This document shows positions 38,555 through 48,216 of a stretch of 64,000 nucleotides of DNA, piece after piece. Under the pieces are notes generated by a model. It was not told where the DNA came from, searched no databases, and saw only the letters and a list, made by a program, of their open reading frames with translations. The stretch's first letter is position 1; every line of letters begins with the position of its first letter. The translations under genes and the position numbers were made by a program. This DNA comes from Alphaproteobacteria bacterium RIFCSPHIGHO2_01_FULL_41_14 (GTDB lineage Bacteria; Pseudomonadota; Alphaproteobacteria; UBA7879; UBA5542). The stretch is from contig MEMF01000002.1 in assembly GCA_001767855.1 (NCBI GenBank), positions 808,893 to 872,892 of the forward strand, read 5' to 3'.

Positions 38555-39214
38555 CTAATGCAAAGTGCGTGTAATCAGCTTAAAGGCAAAATACACCATA
38601 TAAACCCCCATGACTCTGTTGACCCAACACCCTGATTTTTCTAAAGCTTTCTTGATAACGGACTGTGAGAAGACCAAAGATTGCAAGGAATACCACGTCA
38701 AAGAACTCAGAACCAACAATCCGCCATACATAAACTGGATGGAAAGAGGTGTCTCAGGCGCGACAGTCGCCGCCACGATACTGATAAAGACGAGAGAGGC
38801 AGACGGGCACAAAATATCGATGGTAAACCCCATGCGAAAGGCTTTCTTCGGCGTCATCTTTTTTAAGTGCGTAATATATTCATTGTCTTCTCCATTTGCA
38901 CTCACCAATCTCTTAGGGCTCAGCAACATTTTCACCCCCAAGTACGCGAGATACGCGCCGCCCGCATATTTAAGGGTGTTAAAGAGAAAGGGTGATTTGG
39001 AAATGAACGCCCCAAACCCCAAAAAACTATACGTTTTATGAATCATGGTGCTACACACAATGCCAAGCCCAGTATAAAAGCCGATACGCCGAGAATAATA
39101 GCTGCTGTTATGCACCATCAAGGCCGTCTCTGGCCCTGGACTGGTGAGATTCATCAGGTTTAGAAGAAAGAGATTAAAGAACTGGGTGATATAAAAATCC
39201 ATTTTTGTGGTCAC
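38555..39214 (-). CDS. LysE/RhtB-family amino-acid efflux translocator
   Basis: 219 aa, 6 TM helices, N-terminal PGPETA motif region characteristic of the LysE superfamily. Confidence 0.65.
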   Translation of the reverse strand: MTTKMDFYITQFFNLFLLNLMNLTSPGPETALMVHNSSYYSRRIGFYTGLGIVCSTMIHKTYSFLGFGAFISKSPFLFNTLKYAGGAYLAYLGVKMLLSPKRLVSANGEDNEYITHLKKMTPKKAFRMGFTIDILCPSASLVFISIVAATVAPETPLSIQFMYGGLLVLSSLTWYSLQSLVFSQSVIKKALEKSGCWVNRVMGVYMVYFAFKLITRTLH

Positions 39215-39254
39215 ACCTATTGATGTTTTTGGGAAGTCGCCTTATAAAATAGCT

Positions 39255-40356
39255 ATGCGTACAGAAATAACTCAAATGGTCGAAGAAATCAAACACTCTC
39301 TCTCCCTCTTGCGGAGGTTTCTTTGACTGGGATGCGGCACAGGCCCGCCTTAAAGAATTAGACACCCTCACCGAAGCGGTAGATTTCTGGGACGACCCTC
39401 AAAAAGCCCAACCCATTATGCAAGAGCGGACAGGTCTTACCCAAAGAATTCAAACCCTCCACGACTTTGAGAAAAGATTGGAAGACGGCCTCGTGTTCAT
39501 CGAACTGGGCGAGGCAGAAGAAGATGAGGCCACCATTCTAGAAGGCGAAAACGCCTTAGAAGCCTTAAGAAGAGAACTGAAATTGGCACAATTGGAAAGC
39601 CTACTCTCTGGCGAAGCTGATGCTTGTGGTGCGTTTCTTGAAATTCATGCGGGAGCTGGTGGCACCGAGGCCCAAGACTGGGCCGAAATGTTGATGCGCA
39701 TGTACCTCAGATGGTGTGAAGGCCGACGATACAAAGTCTCCGTGCTACAAGAAACACCGGGAGAGGAAGCCGGCATCAAATCCATCACCTTTCAAATCAC
39801 GGGCCCCAAAGCCTATGGATGGCTCAAAACAGAAAGCGGCGTCCATCGTTTGGTGCGCATTTCGCCCTTTGACGCCAATGGCAAACGCCACACCAGTTTT
39901 GCCTCTGTGTGGGTGTATCCTGTAATCGATGAATCCATTGAAATTGAGATTTTGGAAAAAGACCTGCGCATCGACACCTATCGAGCGTCCGGCGCTGGGG
40001 GGCAGCACGTGAACAAAACAGACAGTGCCATCCGCATCACCCACCTTCCCACGGGCATTGTGGTGCAATGTCAGAACGATCGCTCTCAGCACCGCAACCG
40101 CGCCCAAGCGTACGAGATGCTGCGCTCACGCCTCTATGAATTCGAGTTGCAAAAAAAGCAAGAAATTGCCCAAGCCCAGGCTGACTCTAAAACAGAGATC
40201 GGCTGGGGCCACCAAATCCGCTCGTACGTTCTGCAGCCGTACCAAATGGTAAAAGACTTGCGGACGGGCGTGGAAAAAGGCAACGCCATGGGCGTTCTGG
40301 ATGGCAAGATCGACGATTTCCTCGAAGCAGCGCTCAGTCAACGATTGGGGTCGTAG
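39255..40356 (+). CDS. prfB: peptide chain release factor 2 (programmed +1 frameshift)
   Basis: frame-0 ORF MRTEITQMVEEIKHSLSLLRRFL ends at the in-frame TGA of CTT-TGA-C (39321-39327) preceded by the SD-like GGAGG. The +1 frame continues DWDAAQARLKELD... into the long ORF containing SPF and the GGQ motif (ASGAGGQHVNKT). Confidence 0.9.
39315..39327 (+). promoter_or_regulatory. prfB autoregulatory +1 frameshift site (internal Shine-Dalgarno GGAGG + CUU UGA C slippery/stop context)
   Basis: sequence gcGGAGGtttCTTTGAC, identical in architecture to the classical RF2 recoding signal. Confidence 0.85.
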
Positions 40357-40400
40357 GGGTAAAATTGTCAGCTGCGCAACGACGGTTTAGGAAAGATCCC

Positions 40401-42239
40401 CTAATGAAAAAAGTCGTAGATAGTTTGGGCAATAGCCTGGCTAATCCCCGTCACTTTTTTCAAATCCGCCACACCAGCTCCTGAAATCGCTTTCACCGAT
40501 CCGAAATGTTGCAGCAGATCTTTTTTCCGCTGCGCGCCAATGCCTTTGATGTCATCCAACTGCGAGCCTGTCACCGCCTTTTGTTTCTTCTGGCGATGGG
40601 CCCCAATGGCAAACCGATGGGCTTCATCCCGGAGTCGTTGCAAGTAATATAAAACAGGATCCGTAGGCTCTAAGGAAAAGGGCGCCTGATTGGGCAGAAA
40701 AAATTTTTCCCGTCCCGCGTTCCTGTCTGGCCCCTTGGCAATGGCGGCGATAGGGATGTGCATCACGCCTAACTCTTGCATCACCTGAAGACCGGCGGAT
40801 AGTTGCCCCTGCCCCCCATCCAGTAAAACAAGATCGGGAAACTGGGCAGGTTCTGCCTTCTGAAAGCGACGATTCAGTACCTCGCGCATCATGGCATAGT
40901 CGTCCCCGCCGTGTTCGTGGGCCGTCACATTCTTAATACCAAAGGTGCGGTACGCTTTTTTATCGAACCCCTCTGGCGTCGCCACAATCATCACCCCATA
41001 GGCCTCTCGTCCTTGGTTGTGGCTGTTATCATAAACCTCGATGCGTTTCGGGAGGGTAGGCAAGGCAAAGAGACGCGCCACCTCTTGCCAAATCTTTTTG
41101 CTAGAGGCCGTCTCGACCAGTTTGGAGGCCAGCACCTCTTTGGCATTTTTCTCCGCTTGCTGAATCAGTTGGAATCGCTTGCCCTGTTGCGGCACCTCCA
41201 ACGTCACGGCGTACCCTGCTTGTTCTGACAACATTTTTTCCAGAGTTTCTTGTTCGGGCAAAGCTTTGTTCAGCAACACTTGTTTGGGCACAGCCGCCCC
41301 CGCGTAAAACCAAGACACAAAGGCCTCCAAAATCTCTTCATCCGTATCCGCCGGGTCATATTTGGGAAAGTAAGACCGGCTGCCATAATTCGACCCATGC
41401 CGGAAAAAGAAAATTTGCACCGCCGCTTTGCCATGCAAGCGCACCAAGGCAATCACATCCAGATTCTCGGCCCCCTTCAGATACACCCCTTGCTCTTCTT
41501 GTGTTTTTGTCAGGGCCTGAATTTGGTCTCTCAAGTGCGCTGCCCGCTCATAAAACCGGGCCGCGCTTGCCTCTTCCATTTGCTGCGCGAGACGCTTCTG
41601 CAACGTATGCGTCTTGCCCAATAAAAACTGACGCGCATTTTCCACCTGCTGCTCATAGTCAACGGCCGAAACTTTCGCCACACAGGGCGCCGTGCACCGC
41701 TTGATGTAATATTGCAAGCAGGGGCGAGTCCGATTTTTATACACGCTGGAGGTACAGGTGCGAAGCTTGAACACCCGCGACAAAATCTCCAAAGTCTTGC
41801 GCGCTGCTTGGGTGGAGGCAAAGGGTCCAAAATAATCACCTGCCTCTGTTTTCGCACCCCGATGCAGGGTCAAGGCGGGCGGTAACTCTCCCCGTGTCAG
41901 CAAGATATAGGGGAACGATTTATCATCCCGAAAAAGAACATTATATCGAGGTGTGAGGCTTTTGATGAGATTCGCCTCTAACAGCAACGCCTCCCCTTCC
42001 GTATGGGTGGTGACGAACTCCATGGTGCGCGTCAGAGAAATCATGCGCTGAATCCGAATAGTCTGCTTTTCCGGGCGCGTATAACTCACCACCCGTTTCT
42101 TCAGATTCTTGGCCTTGCCCACGTAAAGAACGGCGCATTGATCATCCAACATGCGATACACACCCGGCGCCGAGCTGAGTGTTTTTACATAGCTCTGGAT
42201 AATCTCCACACCCTTTTCAAGAGACGATTTGTTCTTCAT
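40401..42239 (-). CDS. uvrC: excinuclease ABC subunit C
   Basis: GIY-YIG N-terminus (VYRMLDDQCAVLYVGKAKNLKKRV), UvrBC-interaction region, C-terminal RNase H-like and HhH domains; 612 aa. Confidence 0.95.
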   Translation of the reverse strand: MKNKSSLEKGVEIIQSYVKTLSSAPGVYRMLDDQCAVLYVGKAKNLKKRVVSYTRPEKQTIRIQRMISLTRTMEFVTTHTEGEALLLEANLIKSLTPRYNVLFRDDKSFPYILLTRGELPPALTLHRGAKTEAGDYFGPFASTQAARKTLEILSRVFKLRTCTSSVYKNRTRPCLQYYIKRCTAPCVAKVSAVDYEQQVENARQFLLGKTHTLQKRLAQQMEEASAARFYERAAHLRDQIQALTKTQEEQGVYLKGAENLDVIALVRLHGKAAVQIFFFRHGSNYGSRSYFPKYDPADTDEEILEAFVSWFYAGAAVPKQVLLNKALPEQETLEKMLSEQAGYAVTLEVPQQGKRFQLIQQAEKNAKEVLASKLVETASSKKIWQEVARLFALPTLPKRIEVYDNSHNQGREAYGVMIVATPEGFDKKAYRTFGIKNVTAHEHGGDDYAMMREVLNRRFQKAEPAQFPDLVLLDGGQGQLSAGLQVMQELGVMHIPIAAIAKGPDRNAGREKFFLPNQAPFSLEPTDPVLYYLQRLRDEAHRFAIGAHRQKKQKAVTGSQLDDIKGIGAQRKKDLLQHFGSVKAISGAGVADLKKVTGISQAIAQTIYDFFH

Positions 42240-42245
42240 ATCTCG
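42170..42245. repeat. direct repeat copy 1 (uvrC 5' end and first ~22 codons); copy 2 at 43990-44067
   Basis: ~75 bp, ~90% identical: gagctgagtgttttTacata...ggataatctccacacccttttcaagagacgatttgttcttcata. Confidence 0.8.
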
Positions 42246-42494
42246 CGGAGTATATCACTCCACTCCCGTCACTGCGAGGAAATCCAAGAGGATTGACGAC
42301 GCAGTCCCCACCTGTCTTCCTCGGTAAAAAAGCTGGATTGCTTTGTCGCCCCTGACGGACCTCCTCGAGAATGACGTATTGTGGCGAGCAGAATGAGGAG
42401 TGTTCGTTCTCGTAGAGAGGACCCGCTGAAATTTTTCTTCCATTTGATTATTTTATAAGCTAGAGTCCACAACTGCGTAAAGGAGGCCAAAACG

Positions 42495-43610
42495 ATGAAA
42501 TACCTCAGTTCTTTTTTTCTATTATTTTTAAGCCATAATGTGCTTTCGGCTCCATTTTCCACCTCGGAGGATCTTTCTAAATTTGATGGAAAACCCGTTG
42601 TTGTCCTCTGGCGCGGTACCCACTTCTCCCCTACCCATTTCGAGGATGACCAAGCTCAGCGGGATTATATGGCAGCTCACGGTCTTCAAATTCCCATTTA
42701 TTGTGCAGCAGCCCATAAAAAAAATAACGTCCTTTACACAGACCCTCTGACGCCAGCGCGGGAAAAGTCATTAGACGCTGTCGTTTCCCAAATCCAAGTT
42801 TTCTTTAAAAAAATGGAAGCCAGTCAACCCATTACAATTAACCGTAAGGGTTTCTCTAATCGCCGCCATGCCTTTCAACAAATTTATTCTAACAGTACTG
42901 ACTTTATTTCTGGGCTGAATCAACCGATTTTGCCACAAACTTATAGTAAGTACAAAGCGATGGTGGAGGGCCTCCCAAAAGGCAATCCTCTTTTATCTTT
43001 TACTACAGATGTGAGTCATGCTGGAAACTACGGATATGGCTTGAAAGACTATGGGCACATTGATACTCTAGACAGTCTGTACGATGCAGAAGGACATCGT
43101 CAACATACGCACCTAGGATATTTGCAAGGAATTTTTTTAACCGATACCATCGCAAAAAAAACGATGCCCTATGATGTGGTTGCCCACCATAAGGAGAAAA
43201 ACATAAAAATTTCCACTCATTTTTCAAACAATATTTTGTCAGAGAAGGAGGTTTCCTTTGTGGGAAAAATGCTGGGTCAAGCCGTTGTCATAACCTTGCC
43301 CTTGGAAATTCCAGATCTATATGGTGACTATCCGGGTGAATACCGAACCCAATTTGGTCTCACAAAAAAGAAATACGATAATATTCGTGCCATCGTAACA
43401 GATAAGAATACCTCTGTAGAAATAAAACAGGCTCGCGTTACCCGTATGTTAAAAGAATTAATCTATCCTGCTAAAGAGGATGGACAGCTTATTTACAAAA
43501 ATACTCTGGCCCATAGAGCCCGAACCCACCTAAGAGAAATTCTTGAAAACCGCGAGAACTTTAAAAAAGGAATTATTGGGTTAAATGGTCGCGTCTATGA
43601 TGCCGAGTGA
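42495..43610 (+). CDS. hypothetical secreted protein (signal peptide), carried on the segment flanked by the uvrC-5' direct repeats
   Basis: 371 aa, N-terminus MKYLSSFFLLFLSHNVLSAPFS; no recognisable domain. Confidence 0.5.
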   Translation: MKYLSSFFLLFLSHNVLSAPFSTSEDLSKFDGKPVVVLWRGTHFSPTHFEDDQAQRDYMAAHGLQIPIYCAAAHKKNNVLYTDPLTPAREKSLDAVVSQIQVFFKKMEASQPITINRKGFSNRRHAFQQIYSNSTDFISGLNQPILPQTYSKYKAMVEGLPKGNPLLSFTTDVSHAGNYGYGLKDYGHIDTLDSLYDAEGHRQHTHLGYLQGIFLTDTIAKKTMPYDVVAHHKEKNIKISTHFSNNILSEKEVSFVGKMLGQAVVITLPLEIPDLYGDYPGEYRTQFGLTKKKYDNIRAIVTDKNTSVEIKQARVTRMLKELIYPAKEDGQLIYKNTLAHRARTHLREILENRENFKKGIIGLNGRVYDAE

Positions 43611-43761
43611 TATAAGTAAAATAGTCCGAGATAGCCTCCCCAATTTGGCTATCCTTTATTCAGACAATTTTTCTTCACCGCGACTCCCAATGGCCGATGA
43701 AAGCCACAGCTTCATCATCTCCTGACCAATGGAGGATGGTCACCACAAAGAATTTCAACGG

Positions 43762-43977
43762 CTAATCGCCGATGGCGCGGACCTGAAAGATGGCCTCCTT
43801 CGGAAGGGTCAGCGTGGTGCCACGTTTGACTTTAACGCAGCTTTTGGCCTCCGTCTTCAGATCTTTCCGCCGAAACCAGCCTTCTCCTGAAATCACGTGC
43901 CACACTCCTGTGATGGTTTTGTGATAAACAGGTTTGGAAATACTGCCTGCCGAGAAGGTACATTTGATAGAGCTCAT
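43762..43977 (-). CDS. small ORF, possibly a cupin-like fragment
   Basis: 71 aa, beta-rich GVWHVISGEGWF...VKVKRGTTLTLPKEAIF pattern reminiscent of a small cupin barrel; may be a remnant. Confidence 0.25.
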   Translation of the reverse strand: MSSIKCTFSAGSISKPVYHKTITGVWHVISGEGWFRRKDLKTEAKSCVKVKRGTTLTLPKEAIFQVRAIGD

Positions 43978-43989
43978 AACACCTGAGGA

Positions 43990-44074
43990 GACCCAGCGCT
44001 GAGCTGAGTGTTTTCACATACCCCAGGATAATCTCCACACCCTTTTCAAGAGACGATTTGTTCTTCATACCCAA
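43990..44074 (-). pseudogene. duplicated, diverged 5' fragment of uvrC (direct repeat copy 2)
   Basis: encodes MKNKSSLEKGVEIILGYVKTLSSA, matching the UvrC N-terminus MKNKSSLEKGVEIIQSYVKTLSSA, then diverges into unrelated sequence. Confidence 0.6.
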
Positions 44075-45102
44075 GACAAACTCTTCAGTTTGGCCATGAC
44101 TTGGTCCGGCGTAATTTCTTCCAAATTGTTGGGTAGCTCAACCACCTGATCTGTCTTGGACGCCCGCAACCCTTCCAACGGTGCGTAATGGTGAATGGGA
44201 ACCTGCGCTTGCCCCAACAAAACCAACCCCTTTGTCCCCACCATGGGGGCAGCGTGGGTGACACCCGTATCATTTCCCACCACAAAGTCACACAGCCGCA
44301 GCACTTGCAAGGTCCGACGCAAATCCCCCGTCACAAACATAGCCTCCACCCCTTGTCTCTGGAGGGCTGCCTGAATTTCCATACCTTCCGCTGCCTCCGC
44401 TGGCCCCCCCAAAATAAAAAGAGTTCCTTTTTTCTCTTGAAATATTTTTTCTCCGAGCACGATGAAAGAATCTATTGGCCATTTCTTAGAGGCTTCACTA
44501 GAGCTGATGCACAAGGCCATCCAGGGATGTTTCTGCTTTCCAAATTCTTGCCGCACGCTTTTCAAAAAAGAGGGATCCACCGCGAGGGGCGCCTCTTCCT
44601 TCAAGAAGGACAGATGATGCCGCTCCATCACGCGTGTCCCGCGAAGAATGGGGTGCTGCTTTTGTTCTTCAAGGCTTAAAAATGTCTCTGGGTTGGATAA
44701 AAAAGGTTTTTGGAGGCCCATACCTGGCCCGTACACGGTGGAGATCCCTGCCAACCGACAGGCGATGGGGTAGCGTAAGCTTCGGCTGTGCAAGATCCAC
44801 GCCTCTCGGAAACGATACCGCCGCAACATCTGGGCCAACCGCACGACACCCAAGGGTCCATCATGCACACCCGGTTTTAGATCAAGCCACAACACTTCTT
44901 CGATAGAGGGGTCCGCTTCCGCCAATAGTTGAGCGTGTGACCGAGGGCGGGTCAAGAGTGTCACTTTTTTTTCGGGGGTGGACTTCGCAATGGCATGGAG
45001 GTGGCGCACAAACCACATATAATCACCAATGCCTTGCAAGGGTTGAATCACCAGCGTTTTAGAATTTTTAGGGGGAATCTTATTCTGGGTCATCATTTTC
45101 AT
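44065..45102 (-). CDS. glycosyltransferase family 9 protein (putative LPS heptosyltransferase), second GT9 gene in the window
   Basis: LVIQPLQGIGDYMWFVRHLHAIAK...VTLLTRPRSHAQLL and C-terminal GNDTGVTHAAPMVGTKGLVL GT9 motifs; 345 aa. Confidence 0.75.
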   Translation of the reverse strand: MKMMTQNKIPPKNSKTLVIQPLQGIGDYMWFVRHLHAIAKSTPEKKVTLLTRPRSHAQLLAEADPSIEEVLWLDLKPGVHDGPLGVVRLAQMLRRYRFREAWILHSRSLRYPIACRLAGISTVYGPGMGLQKPFLSNPETFLSLEEQKQHPILRGTRVMERHHLSFLKEEAPLAVDPSFLKSVRQEFGKQKHPWMALCISSSEASKKWPIDSFIVLGEKIFQEKKGTLFILGGPAEAAEGMEIQAALQRQGVEAMFVTGDLRRTLQVLRLCDFVVGNDTGVTHAAPMVGTKGLVLLGQAQVPIHHYAPLEGLRASKTDQVVELPNNLEEITPDQVMAKLKSLSWV

Positions 45103-45577
45103 GTGGAAATTGGCCAGGAAATTGCCCAGGAAACTGATGGGTCTGCCGAAGAGCTTCGTTCAGCACCATCGCTCCGGCAATGGCCACATTCAAAGATCTG
45201 AGTCCGGGCACCAACGGGATGCGAACACGATGGTCACACTGGTGTAACACAGCATCCGGCAATCCGTCCCCTTCTTGCCCCAACAAAAGCAAGTCGTTGG
45301 GGTTAAATTGAAAGGATATATGGGTCTCTTCTCCTTTGCCATCCAAGGCAATGAGGCGCCCTTGGGGTTTGTCTTTTAAAAAATGATCCCAGGAGAAATG
45401 GCGCTTTAGATCCACCCGATCCCTATAATCCATGCCAGAGCGCCTGAGTTTAGCGTCCGTAAAGGTGAAGCCGCAGGGTTCGATGATCTCCATGCCCACT
45501 CCCATGCACGCCGCCAGCCTCAGTAAGGTACCAGTGTTTTGAGCAATTTCAGGTTGATAGAGGCACAAACGCATCAT
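45080..45577 (-). CDS. trmL: tRNA (cytidine(34)/uridine-2'-O)-methyltransferase TrmL (SpoU family) with short GQFP-repeat C-terminal tail
   Basis: [37 protein letters not shown] and SLNVAIAGAMVLNEALRQ SPOUT knot motifs; the C-terminus ends GQFPGQFPGQFP. Confidence 0.85.
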   Translation of the reverse strand: MMRLCLYQPEIAQNTGTLLRLAACMGVGMEIIEPCGFTFTDAKLRRSGMDYRDRVDLKRHFSWDHFLKDKPQGRLIALDGKGEETHISFQFNPNDLLLLGQEGDGLPDAVLHQCDHRVRIPLVPGLRSLNVAIAGAMVLNEALRQTHQFPGQFPGQFPHENDDPE

Positions 45578-46221
45578 GGGTTAATGATCGATCGTCCTTT
45601 GCGCCAATACTCATACCCTGAGATAAGAGAGAGCAACGCCGCTGTCCACAACAAAACCACCCCCACTTCTTGAAACCCCCAGACATACTTCTTTGGGCCA
45701 TCGGCCAAAAGGTACGAGAGGCTGATCATCTGTACGGCTGTTTTCCATTTGGCGAGCACACTCACCGGCACGTTAACGTTTTCCAAAGAAAGGTGTTCTC
45801 GCAGCCCCGAAATAAAAATCTCCCGCCCCAGAATGATCAGGGCCGGTAGCAACGCGGTACCCTCGAGTCGCCCTGTGCCGGCAAGCATGATAATGGTGGT
45901 GGCAATGAGCAACTTATCCGCGATGGGGTCCAAAAATTTCCCAAAGGTGGACACATGGTTAAACCCACGCGCTACCATCCCATCCAGATAATCGGTGAAA
46001 CAGGCGGTTAGGTATAACACAACCGCCACCCCGTTCGCCCAATGCGCATCGATATAAAACATCCCAATAAAAGGGAAGAGAATCAGAATACGAAACAGAG
46101 TTAAAATATTGGCAAGAGTCATACCATCCAGTTTTATCATAAAAAAAGAATGGACCCAACTGAAATGGAAAGAGAGGAGAATAAAAAAGGCAAACAGTTC
46201 TTTTTTAAATAAATTGGTCAT
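45574..46221 (-). CDS. pgsA: CDP-diacylglycerol--glycerol-3-phosphate 3-phosphatidyltransferase
   Basis: CDP-alcohol phosphatidyltransferase motif [27 protein letters not shown]; 215 aa, multiple TM helices. Confidence 0.85.
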   Translation of the reverse strand: MTNLFKKELFAFFILLSFHFSWVHSFFMIKLDGMTLANILTLFRILILFPFIGMFYIDAHWANGVAVVLYLTACFTDYLDGMVARGFNHVSTFGKFLDPIADKLLIATTIIMLAGTGRLEGTALLPALIILGREIFISGLREHLSLENVNVPVSVLAKWKTAVQMISLSYLLADGPKKYVWGFQEVGVVLLWTAALLSLISGYEYWRKGRSIINP

Positions 46222-46286
46222 TGAGCTTCTTTTGTTTCCTTTATTTTCTTGAAAAACTCAAGGAATCCCTGCATATATATGACACG

Positions 46287-47441
46287 ATGACACACTTAAA
46301 TTGGATCAATCTGGGGTTCCCCCCCCCGTCAAAAGAAACCCGCGTGGTGGTGGCCATGTCGGGCGGGGTGGATAGCTCCGTCACCGCCTCTCTGCTCGCG
46401 GAAGCGGGATACGACGTGGTAGGCATCACGCTGCAGCTCTATGATCACGGCATGGCGATTGGGAAAACAAAAGCCTGTTGTGCGGGCCAAGATATTTATG
46501 ATGCGAGTCAAGTCGCCACCAAAATGGGGTTCCCCCATTACGTGCTCGACTATGAATCTGTGTTCAAACAACAAGTGATGGATGATTTTGCTGATAGTTA
46601 TTTGCGCGGAGAGACCCCCATCCCCTGCGTTCAGTGCAACCAACAGGTCAAGTTCAAGGATCTTCTTAAAACGGCGAAAGACTTGGGCGGGCATTGTTTG
46701 GTCACGGGTCATTACGTACAACGCCTCAAGGGAGAAGAAAAGGCAGAGCTACACCAAGCGGTGGACCCCACCAAAGACCAAAGTTATTTTCTCTTTGCCA
46801 CCCGACAGGAAGAGCTGGATTATCTCCGCTTTCCCCTGGGGGGCCTCACCAAGGCTGAAACACGGCAACATGCCAAGCGATTTGGTCTATCCGTAGCCGA
46901 CAAACCTGATTCCCAAGATATTTGCTTTGTCCCCAATGGAGATTATGCATCGGTGGTTCAGAAATTGCGCCCGGGCGCCGCAGACCCCGGGGAGATCGTT
47001 CATGTGAACGGGTCTGTCTTAGGACGCCATCCCGGCATTATTCATTACACCATCGGTCAGCGCAAAGGGTTGGGGATTGGGGGCAGTACGGAGCTCGATG
47101 GGAAACCGCTCTATGTGGTGCGTTTGAACGCCCACACAAAGGAAGTGATTGTGGGCAGTCGCGAAGACCTAGCCCAGACCACCTTCACCATGGAGAAAGT
47201 TAACTGGCTGGGCGAGGTGTCTGATACTCCCCTTCCCTGCACGGTAAAGATCCGGTCTTCCCAAACGCCGTTACAGGCCGAAGTGACACGTACAACCACT
47301 GGCGCCTCTGTGACCTTACTGGAACCTGAGTACGGCATCTCTCCGGGACAAGCCTGTGTGTTTTATGAGGGAACGCGGGTGGTAGGCGGTGGGTGGATTG
47401 CGATGACAAGGAAAATGAGCCCCTCGAAGACGGGGGTTTAA
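46287..47441 (+). CDS. mnmA: tRNA-specific 2-thiouridylase MnmA
   Basis: PP-loop [11 protein letters not shown], catalytic Cys residues, C-terminal barrel; the start could be the upstream ATG at 46221 or 46287 (chosen here). Confidence 0.85.
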   Translation: MTHLNWINLGFPPPSKETRVVVAMSGGVDSSVTASLLAEAGYDVVGITLQLYDHGMAIGKTKACCAGQDIYDASQVATKMGFPHYVLDYESVFKQQVMDDFADSYLRGETPIPCVQCNQQVKFKDLLKTAKDLGGHCLVTGHYVQRLKGEEKAELHQAVDPTKDQSYFLFATRQEELDYLRFPLGGLTKAETRQHAKRFGLSVADKPDSQDICFVPNGDYASVVQKLRPGAADPGEIVHVNGSVLGRHPGIIHYTIGQRKGLGIGGSTELDGKPLYVVRLNAHTKEVIVGSREDLAQTTFTMEKVNWLGEVSDTPLPCTVKIRSSQTPLQAEVTRTTTGASVTLLEPEYGISPGQACVFYEGTRVVGGGWIAMTRKMSPSKTGV

Positions 47442-47485
47442 AACGTCGGATAGTAAAAAAACAAGATTGAAAAGAAAAAAATGGG

Positions 47486-47562
<77 letters not shown>

Positions 47563-47577
47563 AACCAAGTTATCATG

Positions 47578-47652
47578 TGGTGGGCGATGACGGGATTGAA
47601 CCGCCGACCCTCTCGGTGTAAACGAGACGCTCTACCGCTGAGCTAATCGCCC
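47578..47652 (-). tRNA. tRNA-Val (anticodon UAC)
   Basis: reverse complement folds as GGGCGAT acceptor, anticodon loop TTTACAC, T-loop TTCAATC, discriminator A, CCA encoded. Confidence 0.85.
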
Positions 47653-47713
47653 CTGCACCACACACGTGTGTATAACAAATAAACAAATTTGCTTCAACAC
47701 AAAAGTTGCCTTT

Positions 47714-47989
47714 TTACTTAGCAACCCGTTCTTTTAGTCCTTTTCCTGCTTTGAATTTAGGAAGACGCGCGGCAGCGATTTTTATTTTTTCGCCTGTACG
47801 GGGGTTGCGTCCTTCAGTTGCTTTACGGTGTACTGTTAGAAACGTCCCAAATCCGACAACACGCACAGCTTCCCCTGCTTTCAAAGCCTTTGCGATTGAT
47901 TCAAATACGCCATCCACAGCTTTTGCTGCTGATGCTTTTGACAATCCTGCATTTTCTGCAACTTGCACTATAAGCTCATTTTTTTTCAC
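47714..47989 (-). CDS. hupB: DNA-binding protein HU (beta-type)
   Basis: 91 aa, MKKNELI...GFGTF...RNPRTGE...KFKAGK is the canonical HU/IHF fold signature. Confidence 0.9.
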   Translation of the reverse strand: MKKNELIVQVAENAGLSKASAAKAVDGVFESIAKALKAGEAVRVVGFGTFLTVHRKATEGRNPRTGEKIKIAAARLPKFKAGKGLKERVAK

Positions 47990-48216
47990 TTTTGACCTCT
48001 TTCGGTTAACGTTAATGGTTGACTATATATACTAATAAAAACCCTTTTTATTCTTTAGTCAATGCTATTTCGCAGAAAGAGTAAGGATATACTTACAAAA
48101 ACCCTCATTTTCTTCTTTAGATCATCTAAATAATCAAAAATACTGAAAAATTTATTTATTGAAAAAGAATGGATTTTCTAACTCTAAGATTCTTGAAGAC
48201 TATCTTTGTTCTTTTT

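Noticed and set aside
43832-44074. 80-aa ORF MGMKNKSSLEKGVEII... as a real gene
   Set aside because: Only the first ~24 residues resemble anything (the UvrC N-terminus) and the rest is unrelated read-through, so it is interpreted as a decayed duplicate of the uvrC 5' end rather than a functional CDS.
47680-47713. Hairpin GTTGC(N11)GCAAC just downstream of hupB as a terminator
   Set aside because: 5-bp stem and large loop, too weak to support.
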